Positions 38,613 to 50,771 of a DNA stretch of 64,000 nt are shown here, one piece after another. The notes beneath the pieces are model-generated. The model saw only the letters and a program-made list of their open reading frames with translations. It made no database searches and was not told the origin of the DNA. The translations under genes were made by a program, and so were the position numbers. The stretch's first letter is position 1, and each line of letters opens with the position of its first letter. This stretch comes from Lama glama (lineage: Eukaryota): the NCBI GenBank assembly GCA_028534125.1, contig CM052816.1, forward strand, positions 23,500,001 through 23,564,000. Reading direction: 5' to 3'.

Positions 38613-38830
38613 GATACTTCAGTTCAGCAGTTTTCTTCTAGTAAGTTACAGTTTCATATTGGAAGAGTCCATTTTCCAAACTCATAATTCCTTAATTTCG
38701 AAATGTATCTTCTTAGCAGCTATATGATAAAATGTCTCTGCACAAGGATCATTTTACTTTTAATTTCTAGAAATCAGAGAAGGAGGATTAGAATAACATT
38801 GAGTTATTAGTCTATGCTCCATTCTAGACT
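38613..38830 (-). pseudogene. Candidate exon (SRMEHRLITQCYSNPPSLISRN*K*NDPCAETFYHIAAKKIHFEIKEL*...)
   Basis: Strong acceptor ttatttttttcag; donor uncertain. Confidence 0.55.
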
Positions 38831-38937
38831 CTGAAAAAAATAATACTGATGGGTAAGCCAAACACTTAAAACAAGATGTCAAAAATAAATCCTTTGCAGC
38901 TGGCAGGCTTGAGCAATTGAGAAGCAATAATAAGTAC

Positions 38938-39025
38938 TTAATCATGTTGTGCTCGAACAGGCTGCTGGTGGACCACATCCATCCAGCCCACAGTGCTAAT
39001 TTGTTTGTAAGCAAATTCTTGAAGA
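38938..39025 (-). pseudogene. Candidate exon (LQEFAYKQISTVGWMDVVHQQPVRAQHD*)
   Basis: Acceptor tttgtcatatcacag in phase 2; donor |gtactt. Confidence 0.5.
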
Positions 39026-40130
39026 CTGTGATATGACAAATAAGAAGTCAGCTAATCCTGCAGTCATGCCTCTGATTTTGATATACTATCAGACAAACAA
39101 CCCCCCCCCAAAACAAACAAAAAATCCTCTCTAGATGAATGGGATGCTCTATTTTTGATATAGCATATTTGTTTATATTAAGAAAAGGGAACTTGTCTAG
39201 CTAACTCAGCAGCTGAACTTCTGCAAGTACATTTTTGCAAATAAAGAGAAAAATAACGTATTTTTGAACTGACTCTGTATTTAACTGGATGACCCTTGGA
39301 GAAATCCTCTGGACTGAAATGGAGAAGTGAGTTTCCTGTCTGGAATAAGCTGTCTACTACTAGCCTTTGCAGGGAGTTTGCGAGGACTGCAGACCAGTGT
39401 GCAAAGTATTAGGTGTATAGAAAGTGAGAAAAAGCTGTTGTGTTTAACTATCATTAACGACTTAGTATATTATCTTCATTAATGTGGAGGCAACATTTTC
39501 TAAGGATCAGGATGTTTATTTACACATTTTTACTTTCCTTGTGTTTTAAGTTCTATTAGTGAGAGCCTGTGCCTTTTCCTCACACAATAGGATCAGTTTG
39601 ACTCCTCAGTATTTTACTGACCAGTGTTTCCTTATGTTTCTCTGCATTTTCATTGGTGTTTAATTCCTCATTAAAAGGAACTGGTTTGAATTTGTTTTTA
39701 CAATCTTCTTTTTCTGTCTCTTACATTATATTCTTTTTCCTCAATGACTAAGTTTGTTACCTCTGCCTTCTTCAATGCAAAAGCCATTTCCACCTTGTTG
39801 AAATACATTACTTGACATTTTTCTGCTTGCTACAATCCGACTAACATCTTTCATCTTTTATTATACACCCTTACCTTATATATGTCCCTTCACTCTGTAA
39901 GTTTTTAATGGAAAGCGTAAACCTGCAGAAAGAGTAGCATAATGAACTCCCGTACACTCATCACTCAGTTTCAACAACTGTTAACACGTTGCTAATCTTC
40001 CTTACTATGTGTGTCTTTCTCTTTTTCATTTTTTGTAAGAACTCAGCATTTGTGTTTTGTAAAGTAGTGACTGATATGAACTTTACTACCTGCCTCATAT
40101 AATTTGATTTTTACAAATATGCACACTCTC

Positions 40131-40169
40131 GTCTGTGGCCATATCACCCTGAACACACCAGATCTCATC
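40131..40169 (+). pseudogene. 5S rRNA 5'-fragment retropseudogene (~39 nt)
   Basis: gtctgtggccatatcaccctgaacacaccagatctcatc resembles the 5S 5' end GTCTACGGCCATACCACCCTGAACGCGCCCGATCTCGTC; 17-bp TSD. Confidence 0.85.
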
Positions 40170-40189
40170 AAATGTGCACACTCTCCACT

Positions 40190-41170
40190 AAGCCACATCA
40201 GAAGCTCATGTGTATATTAATACAGATACCACACAAACTCTAAAGATGAAAGGTGGAATGGCTGTATTTATATAAGGCAAAGTAGAGTTTGGGATAAGAA
40301 TATAACCAGGAATAGAAAGAGACGTTTCATAGTGATGTATAGGTAAAAAGAAATAAAGACCCTGAAAGGGCATACACTTAATAACAAGGATTCAAAATCC
40401 GGACAGAACTGAAAAAGAAACATGATGAATTCTCAATTATACCTTGGCATCCCACACAAACATGTCAGTGATGGACAGCATTAGGAGACTGCAGGTGAGT
40501 AAGGCTACCAAAGGTCCCAGCAATACATAGTCTGCCAACTTTTCTGAATTGACACATAAAACGCCACACCCGACAACTGAATACGTAAGCATTTGAAGTA
40601 CACGCACAAAGTCAAGGGAGGAAAACCTTATTATGGTCCATAAAGCAACTTTAAATAATTTTAAGAGCCCTTCAGTTATACAAAGTATGTATACTGGGCC
40701 AAATAGAATTAAACTGGAAACCAGTAACAAAGCTTCACTAAAAACTAGTAAGGGGGAGGGTGTAGCTCAAGTGGTAGAGTGTGTGCTTAGCATGCCTGAG
40801 GTCCTGCGTTCAATCCCCAGTACCTCCTTCAAAAATAAATAAATAAATAAAAACTAGCCAAAAAAACAAAAACAAAAAACCTAAAAGAATATATTTCTAA
40901 ACAATCCATGAGTCAAAAAATCACTAAGGAAATGATAAAATATGTTTAACCAATAGAAAATGAAAACATGTATCAATACATCATAACCTAAGAAGTAAAA
41001 ACCACAATGTTAAGTTCCACTAAAGGTCATCAGAATTCCATACAAAAAACAAAATGCTGATAAGTTTCAAAGAGAAAAAATAAAACAAGTTTAATAAAAT
41101 TTCAATGACCTAAGTTAAGTAAAAGTGAACAGAGCCAACAAAAATATCAAAAGCAGCAAAAGCATTTAGA
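40190..41170 (+). mobile_element. Old L1 ORF2 endonuclease-region fragment
   Basis: Decayed ORF2-like sequence (...gtccataaagcaactttaaataatttt...aaacaatccatgagtcaaa). Confidence 0.6.
40752..40850 (+). mobile_element. tRNA-Ala-derived SINE nested in the L1
   Basis: ggggagggtgtagctcaagtggtagagtg...gttcaatccccagtacctcc with A/B boxes, (taaa)n tail and flanking taaaaactag repeat. Confidence 0.85.
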
Positions 41171-41947
41171 AATCCATTTTGTGGGGTGTCATGACTGATT
41201 TCTAGATTTTGATCCCATTAGAAATTCTTCCTTACATCAAGGTCATCCAGAAATCTCATATTTTCTGCTAATAATTTCTATGTCTAAAAATATCTTTCCT
41301 GCCTTTCTGCATATTCTCTGCTTCTAGAACTACTATTATATGAATGTCTGGAGTCCTTCAATCTAACGTTTCTGTTTGCTAACTTGTTCTTTTGTACTTT
41401 TCATGTCTTGAGGTCCTTCTGCTGTATGTCTTATGAATCTTTCCACTGTGTTTCTTGTGAATTCTCCAGTGCTATCTTTAAAGGCACAAATCTTTGTGAC
41501 CAGCATAGGGTTTCTTCCATATATTGACTTTTAATTGCAGAAACTATAAAAATGTATACATGTGTATATATTCATTTTGCAGGTTTCTAGTGATACAGCT
41601 GTTACTGTTTCATTTTCCTCTGTTCATAATTTCTTATTTTTTTTTATGATTCCTCCTCCCTGAAAGTCTTTCAAATTAAAAAAAATAATTTAAAGACATC
41701 TTCAGATTTCTGTGCTACTCTGTATTTCATTTGTCAGGAATTCATCCCCAGTTGTGTACTTTCTCTTTCAGAATTTTACACCAGAGTTAAGTGGGTTAAT
41801 TTTAAGTTAAACGTAAGAAAAGGAACAGTGATGAAACTAATGAAGCCCGATCAAACACTGTAACCAGCATTCACCTAACTGATGAGAAACGAAAGCAAAT
41901 CACACACTCAAAAAACCCAGCCACACCACTTGTGGGGACTGCACAAC

Positions 41948-42094
41948 CTTTCAAGAAGAAACAGATAAAAGCACAGTGATTCCTGTTTAACAAAGTTCTG
42001 GAAGACACCACCTCCAGACTAAGTTTTGAGTACTTCAGCAGTAAACCGGACCCATTCTGTCCCTTCTGTAATTTGTAGCATCTCTCCTCCATCA
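41948..42094 (-). pseudogene. Exon (DGGEMLQITEGTEWVRFTAEVLKT*SGGGVFQNFVKQESLCFYLFLLE), end of module B
   Basis: Acceptor cctatcacag after an 87-nt intron, donor AAG|gttgtg; ends LFLLE like module A. Confidence 0.7.
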
Positions 42095-42181
42095 CTGTGA
42101 TAGGTATATTGATTGTTTTTTTTCCTCCCAAAATAGAAAAAAGGGTTTTGAACTGCCACGATGGTGAAATCGTCCCCTTAC

Positions 42182-42298
42182 TTGGCAGGAACAGCTAGTA
42201 GCAAGCTGGGGAAACAGCTTGACAGTGTCCCTGACATGTAACAGTTCGATGATATGGGTGTGGGTGGCGGGTCTCCAAAAAATGAGCAGCCACAGTTT
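42182..42298 (-). pseudogene. Exon (NCGCSFFGDPPPTPISSNCYMSGTLSSCFPSLLLAVPA); open frame, FERM F3 entry motifs
   Basis: Acceptor tgctcttcag, donor CAA|gtaagg; 117 nt, phase 2-2; CGCSFF resembles YGxxFF and LLLAV resembles LxLGV. Confidence 0.75.
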
Positions 42299-42740
42299 CT
42301 GAAGAGCATTTGTGTGAAGTTGGGTAAGTTTTTATTTCAATGCTTTACTTGCACAAACTACACATTTTAAATAGCTGGTGGCTTATCAGATTTTACATTG
42401 TTTTAGGTGGAAGAATTTTAGAAGCTTTGACCATAAGGTGATTCTTTTAATGAAGCCAGTAAAATTATGAAGATTACATTTGCCAACCTTTAAAATTAAT
42501 ATATTGGACCTACATCTCTATAGGAACTAACTCTTGAATCTGTGGCCATACTGAAATATCAGTTGCCACCGGGTAATAAAGTTGAGCTTATTTCATGGTG
42601 GCCTACAATTCTGCTTCTACTGTGAGATTTTAATAAACAGTTGATTCCCTGCCAGCCAAATAGCAATTCTACTTTCGCTGGCAAATTAAACCATCAATGT
42701 ACATGTTTTAAATGGATGCACAATTTCCCATGATTCTTAC

Positions 42741-42957
42741 ACATTTACTGCTCGCAGTTAACTGTGCAAAATGGTACTGCAGGCTAACAAGACGAGAAGT
42801 CAACACCACTGTCGAAATACTCCACAAAAGAAAAAAATTAAACCTATTTTCCACGTGACTACCTAACTCATTACTCTCCGAGGCTTCTCTTTCTCACTCT
42901 ATGATCCATTTACTCTACTTTTCTAAAAGTTAAAGAAATTTGTCTTTCGATTGTCAC
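42741..42957 (-). pseudogene. Exon, heavily decayed (GDNRKTNFFNF*...)
   Basis: Acceptor ttttcccctctctccag, donor TGT|gtaaga; 217 nt converts phase 1 to phase 2 as the neighbouring exons require. Confidence 0.6.
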
Positions 42958-44533
42958 CTGGAGAGAGGGGAAAATGTTATTGCTTAATGAAATGCCAATC
43001 AAGCTCCTCCATTGCTCAGCCTAATTTAGGGAGTTACTTTCTTGGCTCAACAAGTGGTGAAACTTTACTCAAGTGATGAAATCTTTTGTAATCAGAATTC
43101 ATGTATATTCAAAACAGAAGCCCAGCATGGCGGCAGTGGAAACAGTCTTCCCCCCATCCAGACTCTATCTGGGCCAGAGCTGTGAACGTAAAGGATAGTT
43201 TTCTCCCTCGCTTTTTCCTTTGCTTGATGTGACTGTCTACTGGTGCCATCTTCATGGCTAATCTATGATGACTAAGGTTACCGAATGGTGACTAAAAATT
43301 TCATCCCATGTACTTGTGGTCTTAATCATGGTGATGCCACCCCCTCCCATCTGTAACCACACCCTCTGAGCCCTTGTCCTAAGCGCAGAGCCTATAGCAC
43401 CCCCTTTAACCCTCACAACTGCCAGGTGACATGAAAAAAAGTAATGGCCTCGAGACATCAAACAACTCATCCAATGTTACGAATCTAGAGGTAACTGGTT
43501 AAATATGATTACTATCCAGATCTGTCTGATTCCAGTAGAGTTCTGTACTAGTACAGATACGCCAGAAGTGCAGTGCTGAGTTCTCCTACCAGCCCTGGGA
43601 AACCCACGAGAGCGTTTCCCATCATGGACACACACCGGGCATTAACTGTAGGGATCCTGATCCCAACAAACCAGATGGAAAATCTACTTAGAAGAAAAGG
43701 GTGGAAATTTTGAGTACAGGCTGAACATAAGATAATACTAGAAATCATTAATTTTCTTAGGTGGGTAATTGTATTGCGGACATGTAAGAGGAAGTCATTC
43801 TTAGGAAATGCATGCTGAAGTTACACAGGAACGAGATGTCGTATTGTCCATAATTCCAAATGCTTAGAAAGCTTTCCAATGCATAGATATACGGGCATAT
43901 AAAGGGGATATTGTAAAATGTTAACAGGTGGTGAGTAAGTTGGTATTTATCATACAATGTTCTCAATTTTATGCATGAAATATTTTACCAAAAAAATAGC
44001 AAGCAAGCAAGCAAGCAAGAAAGAAGGAAAGAAAATGGAAAGAATTCTACCCCTAACGTCACATTCTCTGAGTTTGAATTCGCTAGCACTTACTATCTTG
44101 AGAGCTGTTGTTTTATATTTATGGGCTCCATTTCCTTGTTTGTAAAATGGTGATAACAGGAATAACTACTTTATGAAGAGTCTAGTGCTTAGTGGCTACA
44201 AGTATATCATGTTTTCATTCAGCATCCCCAAATTATTCTCAGTATGCGGCTGTCAACAGAACCCATGTGTTTCTGTTTGTATTATCTTGAACCCTTTTGG
44301 GAACTATCTGTCTAGATAGACAGACCCTTAAATACCCAAGTTAAATCAGTACGAATATATATACCTGTAAATGGCTATGGGGAGCTTTTGTTTTTCTTTT
44401 AATTATGTAAAAACTATGCAAGTTGGTGATGCTTACATTCTGCTGGATGTAAAATTCAATAATGTTGCCTATAGTTTTTTCAAAATAATCATCTATCACT
44501 TTGATATAAAGCTTGGTTAATAAAGATTTTTAC

Positions 44534-44751
44534 CCTTATGAAAAAGCAAATTCTGAACCAGACAGGTAGTTTATGCATAGTTTTGAAGATAAAGGAGACG
44601 GTGATTAAGATGAGTACGAAGTCCTTTCAGATGGTCCTTTCAGATGGTATGAACATTGGCTAATGGTCTCTGAGTAAGTATTCAGAAGTACAAATAATAG
44701 AGCTTAAGAACATCTAATGAACTCAGCAGGGAAAAATAAGTTTAGCTCATT
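44534..44751 (-). pseudogene. Exon (NELNLFFPAEFIRCS*ALLFVLLNTYSETISQCSYHLKG[13-nt dup]LRTHLNHRLLYLQNYA*TTCLVQNLLFHK), FERM F2-like
   Basis: Acceptor ttgtttttatag, donor AAGG|gtaaaa; frame is restored when the 13-nt duplication is removed. Confidence 0.75.
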
Positions 44752-45149
44752 CTATAAAAACAAGTACTTGGTTTCTGTTTGAACTTTACCACAACTAAGG
44801 CAAACCAAATCCAGATAATCTCACAGTAAATGTAATCTCTGGGTTTTTTTGTTTTTAATCAAGAGTCTTCAAATTTTATTTTTTGCATTCATTTCTTTAG
44901 AGACATTTATATAAATATGGAAGCTAAAAGTCATCACTAAAAATGTCACCTTGAAAATAGCATTTTATTATTACCTATAGCATCCAGGTTCTTAAAATGC
45001 TAATGTATACAACTTGTACAGGGACTCATACAGAGTTCTTCCATCTTCTGATTAATAAACCAATCTTCCTTATTTCAAAATTTAATTACAGGATTGTTTA
45101 AAAGTAAGAACCCTAAATACTAATAATTATTGACAAAATTAAGACTCTT

Positions 45150-45700
45150 GTAGCAGGCACTTTTTATTACTTTCCCAGCATTCATTTCCTCCTTCCCATC
45201 ATCTTCCTTCTCAAAAATCTCTAATTCCCCTTTGGAGACTCTTTAGATAGTTTCTGGTAAGGCTGACTCCACCCAGCTCATAACCCAATTTAAGCCAATC
45301 AGCAAATATCAAATTACAGTGACAGGATGAAGTCTGAGCACGTGACCTAAGGCAGTCCAAGTGGAAAGAATACCGAGGATTTGCTCTGACTGCTGGGGAA
45401 GCTGTTACTGACTTTTTTGTTAATGTACACAACCAAATAGCACACAGAATTGCTAAAAGCCATCTCAGATCCCCAGAAGTCGTCAGCCAAAATATACAGC
45501 TACATTGTGAAGTTGGAGTACAGAGATGAAAACAAACCAGGTCTTAGAGAGTAAGATGGTACCACGTAATCAGCCTCAGCTGAAACCAGCTCTATCTATG
45601 TGGATATTTTATTTACAAAAGGCAAAATTGAGAAGTTCTTTATTGTTTCTGCTAGTGTAATCTTATTTCTGTTATTTGAAACTTAAAGCATTCTTAACTA
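45150..45700 (+). mobile_element. Old MaLR LTR (MLT1J/K-like)
   Basis: tgtagcaggcac...ctgactccacccagctc...tctgttatttgaaacttaaagcattcttaactaa. Confidence 0.55.
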
Positions 45701-46638
45701 ACGCATGTTATTAGATATCTTCTATACTGTGGGAGCTAGCGTAAGCCACACAAGCTTTGGCCTCCCATGCAATTCCATGCAATCACGGAAATCAGTGTTA
45801 TTGAATCTGACCCTCATTTGCAAACTCTTTAAAAATTCAAGTGTTCAGGAGTAAACAAATCATTCTAAGGAAAACAGTTTATTTCCAATCTATAATTCAA
45901 AAATTTACAAACACGAAGATTTGTGATTAGAAAATAAATATTATTCCAACGGCAGGCTGCCCTATGCATGGCTGCTCGTACCCATTTCCCTTTTGGTTTT
46001 GATTTTGCATTTTTCAAACCAATATTAACATAAGAGATGAGCTTTTGAATAAACCTCTAACTAGGATTATGTGAATCAGTGTTTTGTTTTAGCAAGTGCC
46101 TAATCATTATTTTAGTTGGCATTATAATTCAGTAGTTGAATCAGAAGACATCAAAGACTTGCTGCCTTTGATACAAAATTCTAGCTGTGCACCTAGCTGA
46201 CTATATATCTAAATACATGTGTAACATCTCTGGCTGCCTTAGTTTTCAGTCCCTCAAGTATGTCTCTGCTCAAGTCTCCTGTAACTGTCTCCATTAAACC
46301 TGCTCACAGGCTGATGCAGAAAACAGTTTTCTGAGACTTGGCTCAGAATTCATTAGGACTGTAGTACTGATTGTGTGACATTGATAAATCCAAAAATGGC
46401 TGAACGAAATGTTACTTAATTTACTTGAGCATGGGTATTTTGTGATTACTTTAATATGTGGTAAAAGGCCCTTTTGTTTCCTAGGCAGAAAGCAACCTCA
46501 ATGAAGTATCTCTTCTTTTCTTTTTCAGTTCCTCTCTCAGCCCCATCCCTTCCAATCTGTCTCCATCCCCATAACATGCAAATCCATCCATAATCTCTCC
46601 TGCAGCTCTATGTGCTATACGATAAATGTGATAACAAC

Positions 46639-46765
46639 CTGGAGTTCTTTCCAGCCTTTCTTGGCTTCAGATCACAGGAAGCTCTCTTAGCGGGGGTAGA
46701 AAATGGACTTTCAAAGATTAGAATTACCACTTTGCAGATATACAGGAGCCAAAACCCACAGACCA
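46639..46765 (-). pseudogene. Exon, module B start (GLWVLAPVYLQSGNSNL*KSIFYPR*ESFL*SEAKKGWKELQ)
   Basis: Long pyrimidine tract plus ctcag, donor CAG|gttgtt; phase 2-0; three stops. Confidence 0.7.
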
Positions 46766-49026
46766 CTGAGAAGAGATTAAAAAAAGAAAAAAAATACTGA
46801 CGTGCAATGTCTCCTACTTCCCAGTTGAACCAAGTCATTCCCCATCTCCGACACGGTTACTGTGCTGCAATCCTGTTTATAGAGTGTGCTTTGAAGTTTT
46901 TTTCTGGTCTAGGGTCTTTTTCTGTTGAATCTGAGTTCAGCTTTATCATCTTTACTAAAGCATTGTAAGTAAACTCTTGTATTTGAATCTAAGTTAAACA
47001 GGCCACTTGAGAGGTAAATGTGCAGTCAAACCAACAGGAAAAGAAACATAGCAAAGGCAGAAATAATTTTATTCGCAGCCTAAATTGACAGAGGGACTCC
47101 TGGAATATGGATAAATTCTGAGTGTGACTGGGATCTTTGTGGTTAACTTTCAGCCACCGTCCTAAGACACAGAGGTAAGAAGAGAAACAGTGGCTTTCCT
47201 TAAAAATCTCTAATGACAATGAAACTTTTAAAAAGGCAATTATAACACTTATTTGTGATATTATTTTTCCTGTTTATAGGCACTTTCGTAAGGATCGTAT
47301 AGGTGTGTACATATATACACACATATACGTACACACATATGTATGTACGTATATGTATACATTATTCAGCTTGGTATTTTGAGTGGCAAGTATGGTGCCT
47401 TATCTTAAAAATAAAACAAAACATTCCATTAGTATTAGTTAGACTTGAGTTAATGGTATTTTTATAAGGGAATAAAATGACTAATTTATTACTTTTTATT
47501 TTATTCCATTTAATCATAAATATGCACTACTGGCCAGTTCTGTGCCAGATCTTATACTGAGTGCTGCACCTAAACTAAATATACTCTCCTAGTATTGATT
47601 TATATAATTCTATACATTATTACATTTTTAAAAAACCAGCAAGACATTTCACTTTTGCAGAGTGTTTTTTAAAAAATATTTATTCAAGATGGGCAAGTAT
47701 TCCTACATTGCTGAATGTGGAAACAAAGTCTCAAAAATTGATATTATATTCTATATTATGATAAAAATTATATATATATAAATTCTTAACATTGCTGAAT
47801 GTTAAGAAATAAGAAGGGAACTCAAGGTTTTAAATTATCATTGCAGCATTACATTTGGGTGAGAGAGCTGTGGTTAATGTAAGGTAAACATTGGTAACAG
47901 GGTAATTTGTGTAAAAAGAATGAAAAATAATGGTATCAAAAATCACCCTCATTGTATGAGTTTCCCTGTCTTCTCTTTCCACAGTGAATGTGTTTTTGTG
48001 CTCTGGTTTTACTCCCAGAACCACTCTGGTGCAGAGCATGACGCTAAGGGGCCAACCACGTGACAGAGTGACAGCAGAGATCTGAGTGAGGGGAGAAACA
48101 GAGAAAAGCTTTTGCGCAGCTGCTGTGTCAGAAAGGGAGAAGTAGCCAAAGAAGGTTTTTAAAGGAGCTTCCATGTGACATGGAACATAAACTACTCTAG
48201 CTCGCCCTCTGAAAGCAGCCCCTCACAGTAGAGGTCTGTATTTTCAAAGCTTCTGGAGCTGGTACATTACTTCTGAATGTGATACCACTTAAAGATGGAA
48301 CCTCGTGGGCCTATGGGTTATAATCAGGCATTAGTAACAGATGGGTAGATCGTGAAACCTACTAATAACAGAAGGCCACAATGCATGAGAGCCCAAAAGC
48401 CAACTCCAGGATCTGGCAGGTCAGCTGCTGCCCCTGGGAGCTGTCAGGTCCCCCTCCACCTTACACAAGACCAATAAGCACAAGCCAGTTTCTGACAAGC
48501 TCGCTCTGCTCATGTTTCATCCCTAAACTGCTTGCCCTGCATCCAGACTTGTTCCTGATTCTCTAGGTTTCTGACCTCAGGCTATTTTTCTGGTTTGGGG
48601 GCTTAGGTATTAACCCTTAGAATATTTGCTCAGAACCATTTCCTCAGATCCAAGGGATTACTGTCTTCGACTATAGTCTCCCACCGACTCTGACTGCACC
48701 AGGGATTCCCTAAATCAGCCTAGAGCTTGACGGGCAGGGGCTAGGGGGATGTGTGGAGAGTTGAGGGGCTGATTCTGTACATTACAACAGGATACTTCCT
48801 GAGGAAGAAGGTTTTATTCAATTATGGGAAAACTCAAAACCACCATCCTTTACTGCTGTACCACATTATGAAGCAACACATGCTAAATCAGAGCTTGTGA
48901 AGAGGATATGGTAATTATTGTTACAAAGCCAAGACAAATGTTAAGGCATTGAGTTTTGGGAAAATATTTCAACATGATGAGCTTTCTACCTACTAAATAA
49001 CTTAAAAAAATACATATATATATATA

Positions 49027-49027
<1 letters not shown>

Positions 49028-49056
<29 letters not shown>
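49028..49056. repeat. (TG)n microsatellite preceded by (TA)n
   Basis: Seen directly. Confidence 0.95.
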
Positions 49057-49060
<4 letters not shown>

Positions 49061-49081
49061 ATAACATATAAAAAAGCCAAC

Positions 49082-49177
49082 TTTTCTCTTAGCTTTGGTT
49101 TCCTGTTCCAACTATTTGACTCCCTTTCTTTTGTTGAATTCTCTGCATCAGGGAGTGAACAGTACTTTCTCAAACCT
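49082..49177 (-). pseudogene. Exon (GLRKYCSLPDAENSTKERESNSWNRKPKLRE); open frame
   Basis: Acceptor ttttctgtaaatcatcag, donor AA|gttggc; 96 nt, phase 2-2. Confidence 0.65.
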
Positions 49178-49199
49178 CTGATGATTTACAGAAAAGTAC

Positions 49200-49925
49200 T
49201 CCCTAACTTCTATAACTACATGATCAACTCAGAGCATTCGTGTACCTCACTACTTATTTCACATTTTCTGTTATATGTCTCTGGGACAATTTGGATTTAC
49301 ATTTTTGGAATCTGATCTCTATAGATTTTACCCAAAACCTTTTCTCTTTTTAGACTTCTCCATCTAAGGAAATGGCATCTCTACTGATTCACTAGCACTG
49401 TCAGAAAACTCTGCTCTCCTTACCATCACCATGATGAAAATTTTCCATTTTACTTCTAAAATGTATCTCCAAATCATTCACTTTTCCTAGTCTGCACTCT
49501 AATTCAAATTGCCATCACCTACATCCTGGACTGTGCAACAGTCTCTGGCCATCTTTCCTCTTCTGTGCACTCTTACCTCTCTCCAGCCCATCAGCCACAT
49601 AATAGTAAGGGAGATCTTCTTAAAATGTAATGACCATCCCTGCTGGAAACTCTTTTATAGTTCCCTGTTGCATGTAGGAAATGATCCAAATATTAAACAT
49701 GGTCAGCAAAGCCTTACATAATCTGTCCTTAGTAATCTTCCCATCCTCATTCTATAATATGCTGCCCATAGCCTGCTGGAATCCACCAAGCTCATGTTCT
49801 TTAAGTTTTTAAAGTTCCCAGCGTTTTCCCTCCATTGTCCTTGGTTCATACATTTCCTTTCTGCATGAAACACTTTTTTTTCACAATCTGTATCAGTCTG
49901 ACTTAAAATACCACTTTCTGCCATA
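49200..49925 (+). mobile_element. L2 fragment
   Basis: tacttctaaaatgtatctccaaatc...ccatcacctacatcctggactgtgcaacagtctc. Confidence 0.6.
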
Positions 49926-50771
49926 TGTCCTAAGACTTTTTAATACTTTTGACGCTGGCGGTCAGAGGCAACTCAGTCAGTGCATACAAGAGGCAGATCG
50001 CAAGTCCTGAGGAACTAACAGTTTCTCTCTTCATTCCAGGAACAGCCTGCAACCAACGGCTGATGGGAGTTGGGCAACTTATCCCAGCGTTCTCCACCCT
50101 TGGTTGGGGTAAAGGGTACTGCGCGCCATTTCTCAGCATTCCTGGAAAGACTCAACTCGCATTGTCCAAGTGGTAACCTGTTTAGTAACATATCTTTAAC
50201 TGCTTCCTTCTACTATTTCATGTCTCCAGTCTCCCACAGGTACACCTCCCAATAAACCACATGCTCCTTCACTTCTGCCCTGCATCAGCTTCTGAACGGC
50301 TCTAACTTAAGGTGCAGGGCACTTCCTATAACAAAGATGGAATCATGTATTTAACTATGTCACATATGGACAAAGTATAACTAGGAAATATTTTACTCAT
50401 TATCCCTGTTTGGATCAAATAAACAAAAAAGAACTGACAATCCTAGGATTATTCAGCAGAATGCCCATGTAATCTGGAGTTATTCATGTCTGTGTGTGCA
50501 CCAGTATATGTTTGTGTGAGTAAAATGTGTGACTATTTTAACTAATTCCTTATGAGCTAAATATATTTGAGTTAACTGGGACTCTTTAATTACTGATGAG
50601 CATACATATGTGTGTATACACATATTTTGTATGAGTTATCTGTGTGACTATGTTAACTGCGTGACTAGTTACAATGGAGAGTTTTCCAGAAGAATACTAC
50701 TTTGATAATCTGTCTTGTTGAGAAAATGGAGTTTGAAAACCATATTAAATCCATTTTTATTAAGAATATAC

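Noticed and set aside
40752..40830. Functional tRNA-Ala gene
   Set aside because: Has an A-rich tail and flanking direct repeat, an imperfect cloverleaf, and sits inside an L1; it is a SINE.
5369..42330. Plus-strand spliced antisense transcript (acceptor ~5369; donors ~15757, ~16279, ~42324)
   Set aside because: Isolated splice-like motifs with no paired exon structure; cannot be supported without RNA data.
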